Positions 37,585 to 49,289 of a DNA stretch of 64,000 nucleotides are shown one piece after another; the stretch's first letter is position 1; each line of letters begins with the position of its first letter. The position numbers and the translations under genes are program-made. The stretch is taken from assembly GCA_051294375.1 (NCBI GenBank), contig CM119267.1, positions 4,974,558 through 5,038,557 on the forward strand, in the 5' to 3' direction. Source of the DNA: Paraspadella gotoi. Lineage: Eukaryota > Animalia > Chaetognatha. The notes beneath the pieces were generated by a model that saw only the letters and a list, made by a program, of their open reading frames with translations, was not told the origin of the DNA and did no database searches.

Positions 37585-38188
37585 CTCGCGCGGGACATTT
37601 TTATTAGAGAAGACGGGATAGGAGGCATTCGAGGGTTAGTTTTAGAGGGTTAAGGAGGGGGAGTGGGGCAGAGATAGAGAGGGACGGGGAGTGGGGGGGG
37701 GATGATGACTCGGGAGCGTAAAGCGGATGACCCTGGCGGCCGGAAGACGAAACTAATTCCCACGGCCTCTGACTCTTAAGCGATGAAAATAAAAGGGGAT
37801 CAGGCGTCGTACGTGGANNNNNNNNNNNNNNNNNNNNNNNNNTCTCTCTCTCTCGCTCTCGCTCTCTCTCTCTAACTCTCTCTCGCTCTCTCGATACGTC
37901 TCTGTCTCCGTCTTTTTCCCCGGAGCAAATAACCAAAGCCTTTTTCCCTTCGCACCTTTTTTCAGCTCCAGACGGGAAAGAGTGTCACCCAAAGATTGAC
38001 CCCTCACTACAGGGTGAACCAAATTTTTTTCATTTTCTTTTCTTATCTTGGAAACCGTGGTTCGGATATTAATATATTTAGGCTTCAGTTGCTTTTAGTT
38101 TCAAGTTGTGTTGTACAACGATGTTCGAAATTATGAAATAAATTTAACACTGTACTTAGGTATCTTGGTAAGAGAGATAGAAAGAGAC

Positions 38189-38238
<50 letters not shown>

Positions 38239-38860
38239 AGACGGAAGCAAGTAAGCGGGATAGCAGCACCGCGACTGCAGCAGCGGCAGCGGTGGGAGAT
38301 ATCGAAGAAAAGTTAGGGTGAGACTGAGAGAACAGGTCAAAGATTCACTCACCATGGAGAGAGGGAGACAGAGACGATAGAGAGCGAGAAGCGCAAGAGC
38401 GAGAGGGAGACGTTTTTGTTCTTGAGAATGTAAAAACGGATGAAACACAGGAAGCTGAAAAAAATTAAAACAGTAAAATAAAAAAAATTAATGGTGAAGT
38501 CAAGAAATGTGAAACAATGAAGATAGTCGGTAACTGTTCAACGATATTAAAAACATTCACAATCAAGAGAGGCCTAGTGAAGAGGAAAACGAAACAAAAT
38601 ATCTTTTAGAAAAAAAAATTAATTTGAAAAATCTGAAACAGCGGTAAAACCCGATTAGGAAAAATCGCGCGACAAAATCTTCAGAAATGAAAAGAAAAAT
38701 GAGGACAAAGGAAAAAGATGAGAAAAAAAGAAAAGAGAAAAGAATAAGGAATAGGAAAAAAAGAAAAGGAAAAAAAAGGAAAGAAGAAAAGACTTAATCT
38801 GTTTTAGATGAAATCTTCGTCTCATCGCTAAGATGCGTCGCTCGCAAAGTCGTTAATCGT

Positions 38861-38897
<37 letters not shown>

Positions 38898-39108
38898 NNN
38901 NNNNNNNNNNNNNNNNNNNNNNNNNNNNNNNNNNNNNNNNNNNNNNNNNNNNNNNNNNNNNNNNNNNNNNNNNNNNNNNNNNNNNNNNNNNNNNNNNNNN
39001 NNNNNNNNNNNNNNNNNNNNNNNNNNNNNNNNNNNNNNNNNNNNNNNNNNNNNNNNNNNNNNNNNNNNNNNNNNNNNNNNNNNNNNNNNNNNNNNNNNNN
39101 NNNNNNNN

Positions 39109-39144
<36 letters not shown>

Positions 39145-39270
39145 TTCTTTTAATTTCTCCTAGATTCAATTGCGGTTTTCAACACTTGATAACCTTCATT
39201 CGTCTATACTATAGCTTTAATACTATATTTAATACTATATTTAATACTATAGCTTTAATTCTTTCTTGCT

Positions 39271-39326
39271 ATGAGCTTAGATGGTAGAGCGCTCGCTTAG
39301 CTCAGGATCGATACCCGAATTCTCTA
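39271..39326 (+). pseudogene. tRNA-Ala(AGC) pseudogene with internal deletion
   Basis: AGCTTAGATGGTAGAGCGCTCGCTTAGC matches the D arm and 5' anticodon arm of metazoan tRNA-Ala-AGC. It joins directly to an Ala-type T arm and acceptor (GGATCGATACCCGAATTCTCTA). The 3' anticodon strand and variable loop are missing and the 5' acceptor strand is degenerate. Confidence 0.75.
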
Positions 39327-39441
39327 TCGAGAGAATTCCCCTTTTATAAAATCCTTCTTAAAACATAATCTCGCTTCCCTTTTAATCTTTGGGTGTAAAA
39401 TTTATAAACTTACGTTCTTTCGTCAACTACTTTTTACGTCA

Positions 39442-39513
39442 TCCTCGGTAGTATAGTGGTGAGTATCTTCGCCTGTCACGCGAGAGACCGGGGTTCGATT
39501 CCCCGCCGGGGAG
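39442..39513 (+). tRNA. tRNA-Asp-GTC: tRNA-Asp (anticodon GTC)
   Basis: 72 nt, TCCTCGGTAGTATAGTGGTGAGTATC..GGTTCGATTCCCCGCCGGGGAG. Acceptor stem TCCTCGG/CCGGGGA, anticodon stem TTCGC/GCGAG with GTC at 39475-39477, canonical A and B boxes, TTTT Pol III terminator at 39533-39536. Confidence 0.96.
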
Positions 39514-39896
39514 TACGTAGTGCGTAAAATCGTTTTACTATTTTACAAAAAGGAAATGAGTCATAACCACGAGTGATAAATATGAACTTTAGGACTTGTG
39601 GAGTGACAAGAAAAATATAAGAGAAAGACAAAAGTTGTTTAAATTGAGGCGACCATCAGGAGAGAGGAAGTGTTTAGAGAGAGAGACCGGTGGTAAGTCG
39701 CCTCAAAACAAATAAATGGTTGTTTGACTTTTTCCCGTCGTTCCTAAATATTTTATGATTTAACAATGAGTTTTATTTACTTTGAGAAAAATTTTTCGAA
39801 CACCGCTCAGAAAAAAAATCAATATTGTAGAGACGATTGACTTCTTACTCAGTAGAAGTCAAAGTAGAAGTCAAAGCAAAGTCAATTATATCCAAA

Positions 39897-42022
39897 ATGA
39901 AATTGTTTTTCGGAGCCCTGGCTCTTTGCTTGGCACTGACCGTGCAAGCAGTTGAACTTGAAGAAGGTAGGTCACTAAGCAATATCGGCTGTAAACAAGT
40001 TTATAAAATTTTCATAATTTTTCGTACTTCACGTTTAATTTTATAATTTCCTTCGATAAATTAAAAAATTAAATTTAACTAAATTTTATTTTTTTAATTT
40101 TAATTAAAAATGAGAATTATCTTTTATCGTTTTCATCGTATCCATTTATCCAATAACAAAAGCAGACAAAATAATCTTTTAAACTGCATCCGAACGACCT
40201 TTAGAGTTGGACCGAGTCGCTCGCGACGAGCTGGGGGATCGGCGCGACCGCCTCCGCGATTGCTTCGGCATCCAGCAGTGGGTGTGGCTCACGAAGGTCG
40301 ACGACGCCGGCTTCGACGCTTGCGTCCACGACGTTCTTGGCGCACCCCAAGACAAGGTCCGGAAATACCGTAAATGCGTGGGGATTCGCAAGGGTTGGTA
40401 CAAGGGCAAGACCGGGACGTTGAGGACCAGCGGAGACAACTTCTTTTCCTGCATGGTCAAATCGGAGGCCTTCTGCCCACCGTCGAGGAGAGAGGGTGAG
40501 GCAAACGCTCTTTGATAATTGGATGTTTTGAGTTGCGTCGCGAGAACTCGCGGAGCAACTCTCTTAGTCACTTTTTGGTCGGTCGGTCGGTATGTCTGTC
40601 CGTCGGTCTGTCCCACTTATGTTAAAAATGCATATAATTCGCCTATAGTTTGTTGCTCATTTGTTAAAACCTAAAATCTAAGGGACTGCTAGCGCCGCCT
40701 TCAGGAAATCTTAAAACTATAAGGAATAAAAGACTCGACGCAGTGCATGTCATAAATATAAGGGCTAAGAAAGTTTTTTACTCATGTCATGTTATGTCAT
40801 GTTATATCATGTGATCAAATGCAAATGCACGCGAAAATAAAGTCACTGCGGTGCAACACATTGGCATCACCCTTCTTGTTTTATAAATATGATTTTTTTG
40901 CATTATTCAAAATTCGATTATTATTACTTGACCACTCCTAATGTTTCTCAATTCTCGATCTCTCATCTTTCTTCCTTGTTTTAACTTTTATTTCTCTTTG
41001 ACTTCTTTTCTTTACTCATCTTTCTCTTCTTTTGACTTTCCTTCTCTCTTTCACATCTTTCTTTTCTTTCTCTCTTTCTTTTCCGCTCACTACCTTCCCT
41101 TGTTTCATTTTTTTCCCTACTTCTTCCCTTTCTTTTAATCTCCTTTCCTTCTTTTTTCCTGACTTTTTTCTTTTCTTTTTTCTTTTTCTTTTCCCTTCTT
41201 CCCTTTCTTTTCCTTTTCACTCTTCCCTCTTTCCTCATTTTTTCCCCCTTTTTTGCCCACCTCTTCCCTTTCTTTTCTTTTTTCACCCTTCCTCCCTTTC
41301 CTTCTTTTCCCCCCTCCTCTTCCCTTTCTTTTCTTTTTTCACTCTTCCTCCATTTCCTCCTCCTCCCTTCAGTCCTCGACATGGACGAAGAGATAGAAGA
41401 AGAAAAGCGCGGCCTCTTGGAACCGGATCAGATCTTCGCCATCGAGGATTGTCTCGGCAACAAACGCAACAAATTCCTCACCAAAGTGAAGAGCAAAGCG
41501 GAATTCGCGAATTGCATCAAAAAAGTCTGCAAAAATGGAATGACTCACAAGCGAGGGGGTTTTGATGACGCGGCCATTGATCAGGTGGGGGTGGTGCTAA
41601 TGATGATGCTGACAATACTGATGAGGCCGGATTACACTATGATTATCCAGCCATTTATTACAGCAAATTTGGAATACATGTGCTAATAAAATATTTAATG
41701 CGTAGTGATAGGCGACGGATTATTTTGTGGTCAAAACCTCCGTGAGACATGAACTGGTTCATTGGATTTGAACGTCATTTCTAATTTGTAATGCGACTAA
41801 ACAATCCAAAACTAATCCAATTCATTTTATTGGAAACAAATTGAATGAATTTCCATTGCCTCTCATTCCTATCAGGTGGCCAATTGCTGCAGTCTGAGCG
41901 TGAGCATGGGTCCGGGTCCCGCATGCGATTATCACGATTTCTTCAACAAGGTCAAGATGCTTTTTATGAACAATCGCGGGAAACTGGGATGGTGCATGAG
42001 GAGCACGGGGAGAAAATGCTGA
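39897..42022 (+). CDS. 4-exon gene for a 239-aa secreted Cys-rich multi-module precursor; CDS join(39897..39966,40205..40495,41373..41584,41876..42022)
   Basis: ATG at 39897 opens a signal peptide (MKLFFGALALCLALTVQA). All three introns are GT..AG (G|GTAGGT..TTTAG, G|GTGAGG..CTTCAG, CAG|GTGGGG..ATCAG), and phases 1,1,0 join into one 720-nt frame ending TGA at 42020-42022. Exons are GC-rich relative to the introns. Protein: MKLFFGALALCLALTVQAVELEEELDRVARDELGDRRDRLRDCFGIQQWVWLTKVDDAGFDACVHDVLGAPQDKVRKYRKCVGIRKGWYKGKTGTLRTSGDNFFSCMVKSEAFCPPSRREVLDMDEEIEEEKRGLLEPDQIFAIEDCLGNKRNKFLTKVKSKAEFANCIKKVCKNGMTHKRGGFDDAAIDQVANCCSLSVSMGPGPACDYHDFFNKVKMLFMNNRGKLGWCMRSTGRKC. Confidence 0.88.
40526..40882 (+). 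mobile_element. Helentron-associated non-autonomous element (HINE/DINE-1-like) in intron 2
   Basis: Starts in a T run. 5' hairpin AGTTGC-GTCGCGAG-AA-CTCGCGG-A-GCAACT, (GTCG/GTCT/GTCC)n microsatellite, 3' subTIR-like GGTGCAAC, ends CTTCTTGTTTT. Homologous copies at 2903-3250 (-) and 29630-29848 (+). Confidence 0.72.
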
Positions 42023-42125
42023 AGTGGGGGTTCAGTTTACAATTTGGAAAGAAACGATTACAATATGTAGTTGTGCATCAGCTTAATGTTTTAATTTCGC
42101 GCCACTAAAGATATCGCGAGGGTCA

Positions 42126-42131
42126 AATAAA
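42126..42131 (+). terminator. Probable polyadenylation signal of the secreted-precursor gene
   Basis: First AATAAA after the TGA stop, ~100 nt downstream. Confidence 0.5.
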
Positions 42132-42177
42132 TTTTCTCATAACTTGGTTTCTTTTCTTGGATCTACTATAGACTAAG

Positions 42178-42287
<110 letters not shown>

Positions 42288-43952
42288 AAAATTTAATCGA
42301 ATAACCCGAATCAATTCAAATCCGAAGCATTCGAGTGCATTCCAACATCGAGAAAATAAAAACTTGACACAAAGAAATTTTTCGCTGAAAATTCCGAGTT
42401 TGTTTTAATCTTGGGGGGTTCCTTCCTTCTTCCGCGGAGGGGCTCTCAGGGGGGTTGGGGAGGGTACAGGGGCGGAGTGGGGGGTGGAGTTGGGGGTAGG
42501 GGGGCGTTGTTAAGGGGTAGGGGGCGAGGGATATTTTGATTTCCGGTTTTTTTTTCGGAAACTCAAGAGTTGAACCTTTTCTTTTTTTTTTTGCCATTTC
42601 TTCTTTTCTGTTCCGGTGATGACGACGAGGCATTGAAAGTGAAATGGGGTGTTGACTGTTGAGGATTTGGGGTGTTGAGGATAACAATTTTAAATATTGG
42701 GGTTTTAAGGATTAATTTTTTTAATACCCAACTCGTTGGGATGAAGACAATTTTTTTTCCGTTGTTTGTGGCTAAGCGTTTGTCTTTTGAAATGCGAAAC
42801 CTCAGGTTCGATGAGAAAAGTTAAAACTTCATATACAGATAAAGGATAGAAATTGTCTGCTTTTCAGCGTCTGTTAAGGTTTCGCGTTATAGTTATCACA
42901 AGAATGCTACATATTGAACAAACGTAATGTGCATATGTGACATTTCGCAAGGATCGTTCGTGTAACCATAGATATACAGTAGTTACGTTACGTGGAAAGA
43001 GCGTCAAGGAAACGACAAAGAAGCCACAACGAAAGCGATAAGACGCCACGAAAAAGACTCTCAAAAGCCCTCAACCAAAAAAGAGAGAGAGAGAGAGACG
43101 AGCGATTTTTCTTTTCCCGCCATAAAATTTTTGGGAGGAGACGAAAAGTGGCGCTGAGGGAGGTGGCGCTCGCAACGCCGTTACGCGGCGTTGTCGTCGA
43201 GGGAAAGGGCGGCGTCTTTTTTGCAGTCCTTATTTTTTGTAGATTTTTTTTTAAAAGGGATCGAGTGGTAAAACTCATCAAGTCATCAACGTTTAAATTT
43301 TCATTTCGATAAGAATACATTTTTCTAACTAATTTTCCTAGAGCTTAGCTTAGTGAAACTTACACAAAGTTAAACAAACAAGTCGTTTTACTATTTCGTT
43401 TATCTACAAACCCATTTTAATTACGCAATCGGCGCGACCAACTTAAGTTGTAAAGCACACACGACATAAATTAACTCTTGAAACATCAACGGAATATTTT
43501 CCTTCTTATCTTGTTTTCACAGCCAATTTAGCGAAGCATAAAACTGCGGTTTCCATGGCGCCGACCGTTGAGTTTATGGGAAGTTTCGATTCCATGCAGA
43601 CATCCGGTTCCGAGCCGACTTCCAGTTTGATACCGACTTCCGGTTCCACACCAACATCCGGTTGCGAGTCGACTTCTAGTATACCGCCTACTCTGAGCAA
43701 CATGGATCTAATCTAACGGTTCCATGTTTTCATGCAACATAACGCATTTCGGCTCCGCGCCCTCTTCCTTTCGGCGCCGATTTTCGCCCGGCGTTGCCCG
43801 GCGTCGCCCGCCAGTGGCACCGACCGCCGGCGGCGACGCAACGAGGACTCAAAGGGAGAAAACGAGCGTCGACAGGGGATAAGTTTCAATTTTCGCCGTC
43901 AAAGGCAGGAATTCCCAGAAATATTATTGAGATAACGGCTTCTGGATTATCG

Positions 43953-43983
<31 letters not shown>

Positions 43984-44001
43984 CTCTCTTCTCTCTTCTC
44001 A

Positions 44002-44032
<31 letters not shown>

Positions 44033-44345
44033 CTCTTCTCACTTTTAACTCTTTCATTCTACTGTAGTACTACAATCTTTATTGGGAGTTGGAATGGAAT
44101 GGAATGCTAATTAAAAATAAAATAAACAAATTCTAAATGAAATAAAACTAAGGAAAGTAACGAGTTTGTTAAAGAAGGTGTAGGAGTGAGATGCACTCAA
44201 ACTACACGCATGCGACTATGAGTAGTGAGGTTGCACAAATCGTTGGGGCAGGAGAACAACATGGTAGACTTGGTTGCAACCGAACCGTCGGAATTGCTGG
44301 AGAATTTTATCGGTGCAATAAACATTGTTCAATGCACGGATTCAA

Positions 44346-44392
<47 letters not shown>

Positions 44393-44978
44393 AGAAGAGG
44401 GAGAGAGAGAGAGAGAGAGAGAGAGAAGAGAGGGGGAAGAGAGGGAGAAAGAACGAACTTGCCCGTAAACTGTTGTCATTTGGTGAAAAAATCGGGGTTG
44501 AAATCGGATCCCTCGTTTTTCCGTCCGTGAAAGAAAAACCTTTTTTACAAATCTTTTTTTTTTTTTCGTTTTGTCAAAAAACTCATGAATTGGTATACAT
44601 TGAAATATTTAATTTAGAATTTCAGTTGAATATCTTTTTTGAATCAAGATTGAAAACAAATATATAACGCTTATAAACGCATTTCCTTTTCATGGATTTT
44701 CGTAACGAATTAGTTTTACTCGGCCGAATCGGGCTCATTTCATAATCATAATCACTTTACTTTTTCTTCTAATCGCGTTTTCATAAACGTAACTTTTTTT
44801 CAGCGAAAAACTGCATTTATTTTTGTGTTTTTTTTTTTTTACAAACTTTTTTTTCGCCGAAAATTTGACGTCGAGGAAAAACTCCGCCATTTTTTTTCTT
44901 TCGCCAGGGGTTTTTTTTCCGCGCAATAAAAATCTGAATCGGAAATTCCTTTGATGATTAAAATTTCTCAAAAAAAAA

Positions 44979-45015
<37 letters not shown>

Positions 45016-45107
45016 CGAAGAGAGAAAGAGAGAGAGAGGAAGAGAGAGAGAGAGAGAGAGAGGAGAGGAGGGTCGTTAAAAAGGAAATGGCGAGAAGAGA
45101 GAAAGAG

Positions 45108-45160
<53 letters not shown>

Positions 45161-45716
45161 AGAAAATATTCCAGTTATTCATATTTTTGTGATTTTTTCC
45201 GGTGATTATGGTTTTTTCTCAAGACTCGCGGCTTTGGCTTTTGAAACACTCCCCCCCCTTCCCAGATCTCGATCTAACGCACTTTTAGAGCCAGTGTCCC
45301 GGAAAATTGCCGTAAATCGTATACCCAAAACTGATTTTTTTTTCTCTTTTGAAAGTCAATATAACCAACTTCATTAGACTTTCCCACGTTCGTTCCAGTC
45401 TAACCCGGTTAAACCTTACGCGTTTTTTCCACCGTTAAACTCACCCAGAATCTTAAACCTGCCTCGTCCCATCGAGAAAGACCCACGCTTATCTTTATCG
45501 TTTTTCCTCCTCTCTCACCTGCTCTCGCCTTCCACTTATCCCGACAGACATCGACCCCTCTTCACCCCCACCCTCTCCACACCCCAGCCGCCCCCTCAAC
45601 CGCCCCGAAACTCTATTTTCCATTTTTGGCGAATCGAGTTTCTTTTCTCTCACGAAATTCGAGGCAAAAGTCGGGAAATTAGAAAATGATCGAAATAGAG
45701 AGTAAAGAAAGAGGAG

Positions 45717-45794
<78 letters not shown>

Positions 45795-48632
45795 CAGTAA
45801 ACGATCCTTTTCTTTGCGCTTTTGAATAATCGAAAGGCTCTTTTTTTGCGGGGGGAACAGAGGTCAAGTAAATCTTGGGGCGTGAAGATAAGTTAAAAGA
45901 GGGCGGCTGGGACCAGGCTGGGTGCGGGTAAGTTGGAGGGTCTTACCGGCCTTCGATTCTGATTTTTTTTTAGGGGGGAAAGAAAAGTGGGTTTGACTTC
46001 GGCGTTGTTTTGACCGACGTCGATCGGAAAAGATAAGAACTTGATTCGGCGAGAGAGTGAGGTCGAACCGACCTTTATAGTTGGTAAGTGCGATTAAGAA
46101 CTGAAAGTTTGTTATCGGATGACTCTGATGACGAAAACATTTACTTAACTTTCTTAAATTGCTTCTCCACTGATTACTTAACTATTTTGATGCACGTAAC
46201 TTAGTTACATGCCAAACTTTTCCTTTCATGAATAGATGAAAGATCTGAAAGATTATAGTTAGGAAATAAGTTTTATAAAGTTATAATAATAAGTTTATTA
46301 AATAATAAAATTGGTAAAAGGATTTGACCGTATTGTTGGATTCTAATGACTCGGTATATTCTAATAAAATAAAGAGTTTTAAAAATTATAACGTCATCAA
46401 CTTACATTTAAATTTATTTTGACGTACGTAAGCGCGATTCCAAAATAATTTTCCTATTTTTAATGTGAAGAAAATCGAAAGTGAGAAAGTCAGCCCATTG
46501 GTCTTTTTCTCTGACATCTTTTCTATTCCTGACCTCACTCAATCCCCGGCTGAGAGAGTCTCTCTCTCTCGTCTCTCTCCTCTCTCCTCTCTCCTCTCTC
46601 TCTCTCTCTCTCTCTACTCTCGTCTTCTCTCTCTCTCCCCTCTCTTCCTCTCCCTTCCCGTCACCGCTGGCTAAGTTCTCTGACTCACGGAAAAACAGAA
46701 AAAAGATTCCCAGATTTTTTGTCTAATTCTCCGGAATTTTTGCAAAATCGGTTCGGAAATCTGGGACAAGGCTAAAATCAGGGCTGAATCAAGAACTCGG
46801 TGTTTGAATCAGAGTGGATCAAATTCGCATGATAGATTTTTAATTAAGTAAACAAAAATTGTATTCAAAAATTTTTACCGGCTTTTTTTTTTTCAAAATC
46901 TAAACAAAAGCACGAAATGGACATTTTTGGCTTTTTGATGGCGTTAATTAAGCGTTTGTTTTGCATTAATAAATACAAAATTAAATCGCATTCTATTCAT
47001 AATTTAATCCTCTTTTTTCTTTCAATTGTTCTTTTTTTTCCCTTTTTTTTTTCCATAAACCCTCCGGACCTCTGCCGTGCCGATTTGTCTACATTAAGAC
47101 AAAGGGAAACCTCGAGTCTTTCCTCCGCTGGAAGTCCAATTATTCATATGGATAACAAGAGAAGGAAGAAGTTGAGAGGACGGGGTCGTGAGTGGGAATG
47201 TCACGGTGAGTGAGATGGGAAACTTCAGTGGGAAATGATGAATTCGGCGAGTGATCGGACAGCGGAGGACGAGGAAGATGGAAAAAAGTACAGTCGTCAG
47301 CTAGCCAATTCTGTTAAACATTACTGACAGCCAGATACAGCGAGTGGGAAACGGGTTTTCCCTCTACGACGGTGGAGTAAGGCGAAGGCTGGGATTTGGC
47401 GGGGATCAAAAAGAGAGGGGAAATGGAGTGGGGATCAAATCCCGAGGTAGATGATCGCGGATTTCTCTTTCCGATTGAATGAGACCTTACCTTTCGCCCT
47501 GACATTCCTCGTCCAATATTCCTTCTCCTACAGGTGAAAAATCGGGTGAGGGAGACTTTTCCTATTTTTTTTTTCTATTCCTTTTTTCATATCTCGGGTC
47601 GTTTCCAAATACAATAAGAGCGGAAGGTTCGTCTTGAAACGCCGATCGAATTTCAGACGAGAAATCAAATGATACGTTCAGCATAAATCTATTATAAATG
47701 AATATACGATGATAATTTCTCATGTCGATCCGAGACGTTTCCATAATTCTTCACTACCCACCCCCATTTTTTGTTACCCTTTTCTTATCCCATTTTTCTT
47801 CCAACTTTTGTTTATGTTTATCCATTTTTCTCCTTTTATCCTTTCCTTTAGTTTTTCTCTCCCCCCTTTTTTTTTTCTTCCCTTCCCTTCCTTTTTCCTT
47901 TCTTCCTATTTCCTTTATTCTTTAATTCCTTGTTTCGGTTTTTCCTTTGGCTTTTTCCGATCGATCCCTTTTTATATTCAAACAGAAATGAATTTCATCA
48001 ACGGCGACACTCGACGACGACGAGGCGACGAACTGCGATACGACGTCGACGATGACGACGACGATGAAAAAGTTCTAACAAGGAAATGTTCAACCACGTA
48101 TTGCGGAAAGGTGACAAGGATGACGTTGACGACAATCATAATCTAAATGATGACAAGAACGCGCGACAAGAGTGACGAAGCGAAAAACACCTCTTTACAA
48201 TGTACACGTCATATTAGAAGAAATGAATTAGGCAAGAAAGTAGATATAAATTGCCTAAAACCATGATGAAAAAAATATGCTTATGTGCATCCACAAAAAT
48301 AAGCGAACCGACAAGTGAACAACAATGATATGATGAAACTGATCACGAATGTCATGAAGTCATCATGAATGATTGAAAATGACTAGGATGACGTGACGAA
48401 AAAAATATGGCGAACCTGACATCGACGAATATAAAAAAACTTAAGAAGAGACGACGACACGACGAAAGACGACGACGACGACGACGAGGCGACGACGAAC
48501 GACGACGACGCGACAGACAGAAGCTGAACAAAGAAATATAAAAAGGGAAAAGTCGAAAGAAAAGAAAAGAAGAGAAAAAGGAAAGAAGACGGAAGAATGG
48601 AATCGTGACGCGCGTGGGAGAGCGGCATCCTC

Positions 48633-48646
48633 GTCGCCATGGAGAC
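48633..48646. promoter_or_regulatory. RFX X-box-like palindrome GTCGCCATGGAGAC (copy at 57205-57218)
   Basis: Fits the relaxed X-box consensus RYYNYY-AT-RRNRAC, within a CpG-rich patch. Confidence 0.35.
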
Positions 48647-49289
48647 ACGAATACGACTCGTGAGACGTTCGTGGGATTACGAGAAGCTTCAGGAAAGACG
48701 AGTTGTCGTCGCGTGGTCGTCGTTGTCGTCATGTCGGCTTGGGTCTCGTTATTTCTTTCCTCCTTTCCGAATGTAAGCTCGTTCTTGAGCTCTGTGAATG
48801 TGTCTCGTTGCTTTTGCATGTTGAAAATGAAAGTTGCAAAAATTGCTTGTTTCGCTATTCATTATTTTTTAAGATTTAGAAATAACTATTATTTATAATT
48901 TATTTATTTATTATTTTATTATTATGGATCGAAAAGCACTGATTGGGCAAGATCGGACTGCCAATCAGCGAAGCGAAAAAGTATGTACATTAAAAAATCT
49001 TTATAAAGATTTTTTAAAATATACGAAGTAATATGCAAACCTAAATAATAATAATAAAATTCTCGTCATTGACTGTACTTGTCGTGGACTAAATTCAATT
49101 CTTTAATCAAAATCAGTTGCCATATCAGACTGGAGAATCTTGAAAGCAGACCATCTGGCAGAAATGGAAAAGATGCGACGAAAAAGTCTGTACAACATGC
49201 AAGTCGCTAATACTAAGAAGGAAAAAACATCTTCCTTGGCAGCCGAATCATTTTTTTTTAAAGAAAAAAAAATGAATAAAAATTATGGC

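Noticed and set aside
40981-41382. Lys/Arg-rich ORF on the minus strand
   Set aside because: Antisense of the intronic pyrimidine tract
41639-41660. Hammerhead ribozyme (CTGATGA cores here and at ~46126)
   Set aside because: No correctly placed GAAA with stems I-III
41759-42022. Insulin/IGF A-chain call for module D (CC..C..C)
   Set aside because: Spacing is CC-x11-C-x22-C-x7-C, not CC-x3/4-C-x8-C, and there is no B-chain motif
43506-43703. 65-aa ORF with EVGxEP repeats
   Set aside because: Explained by a degenerate ~18-bp repeat (CCGACTTCCGGTT..); no splice or domain support
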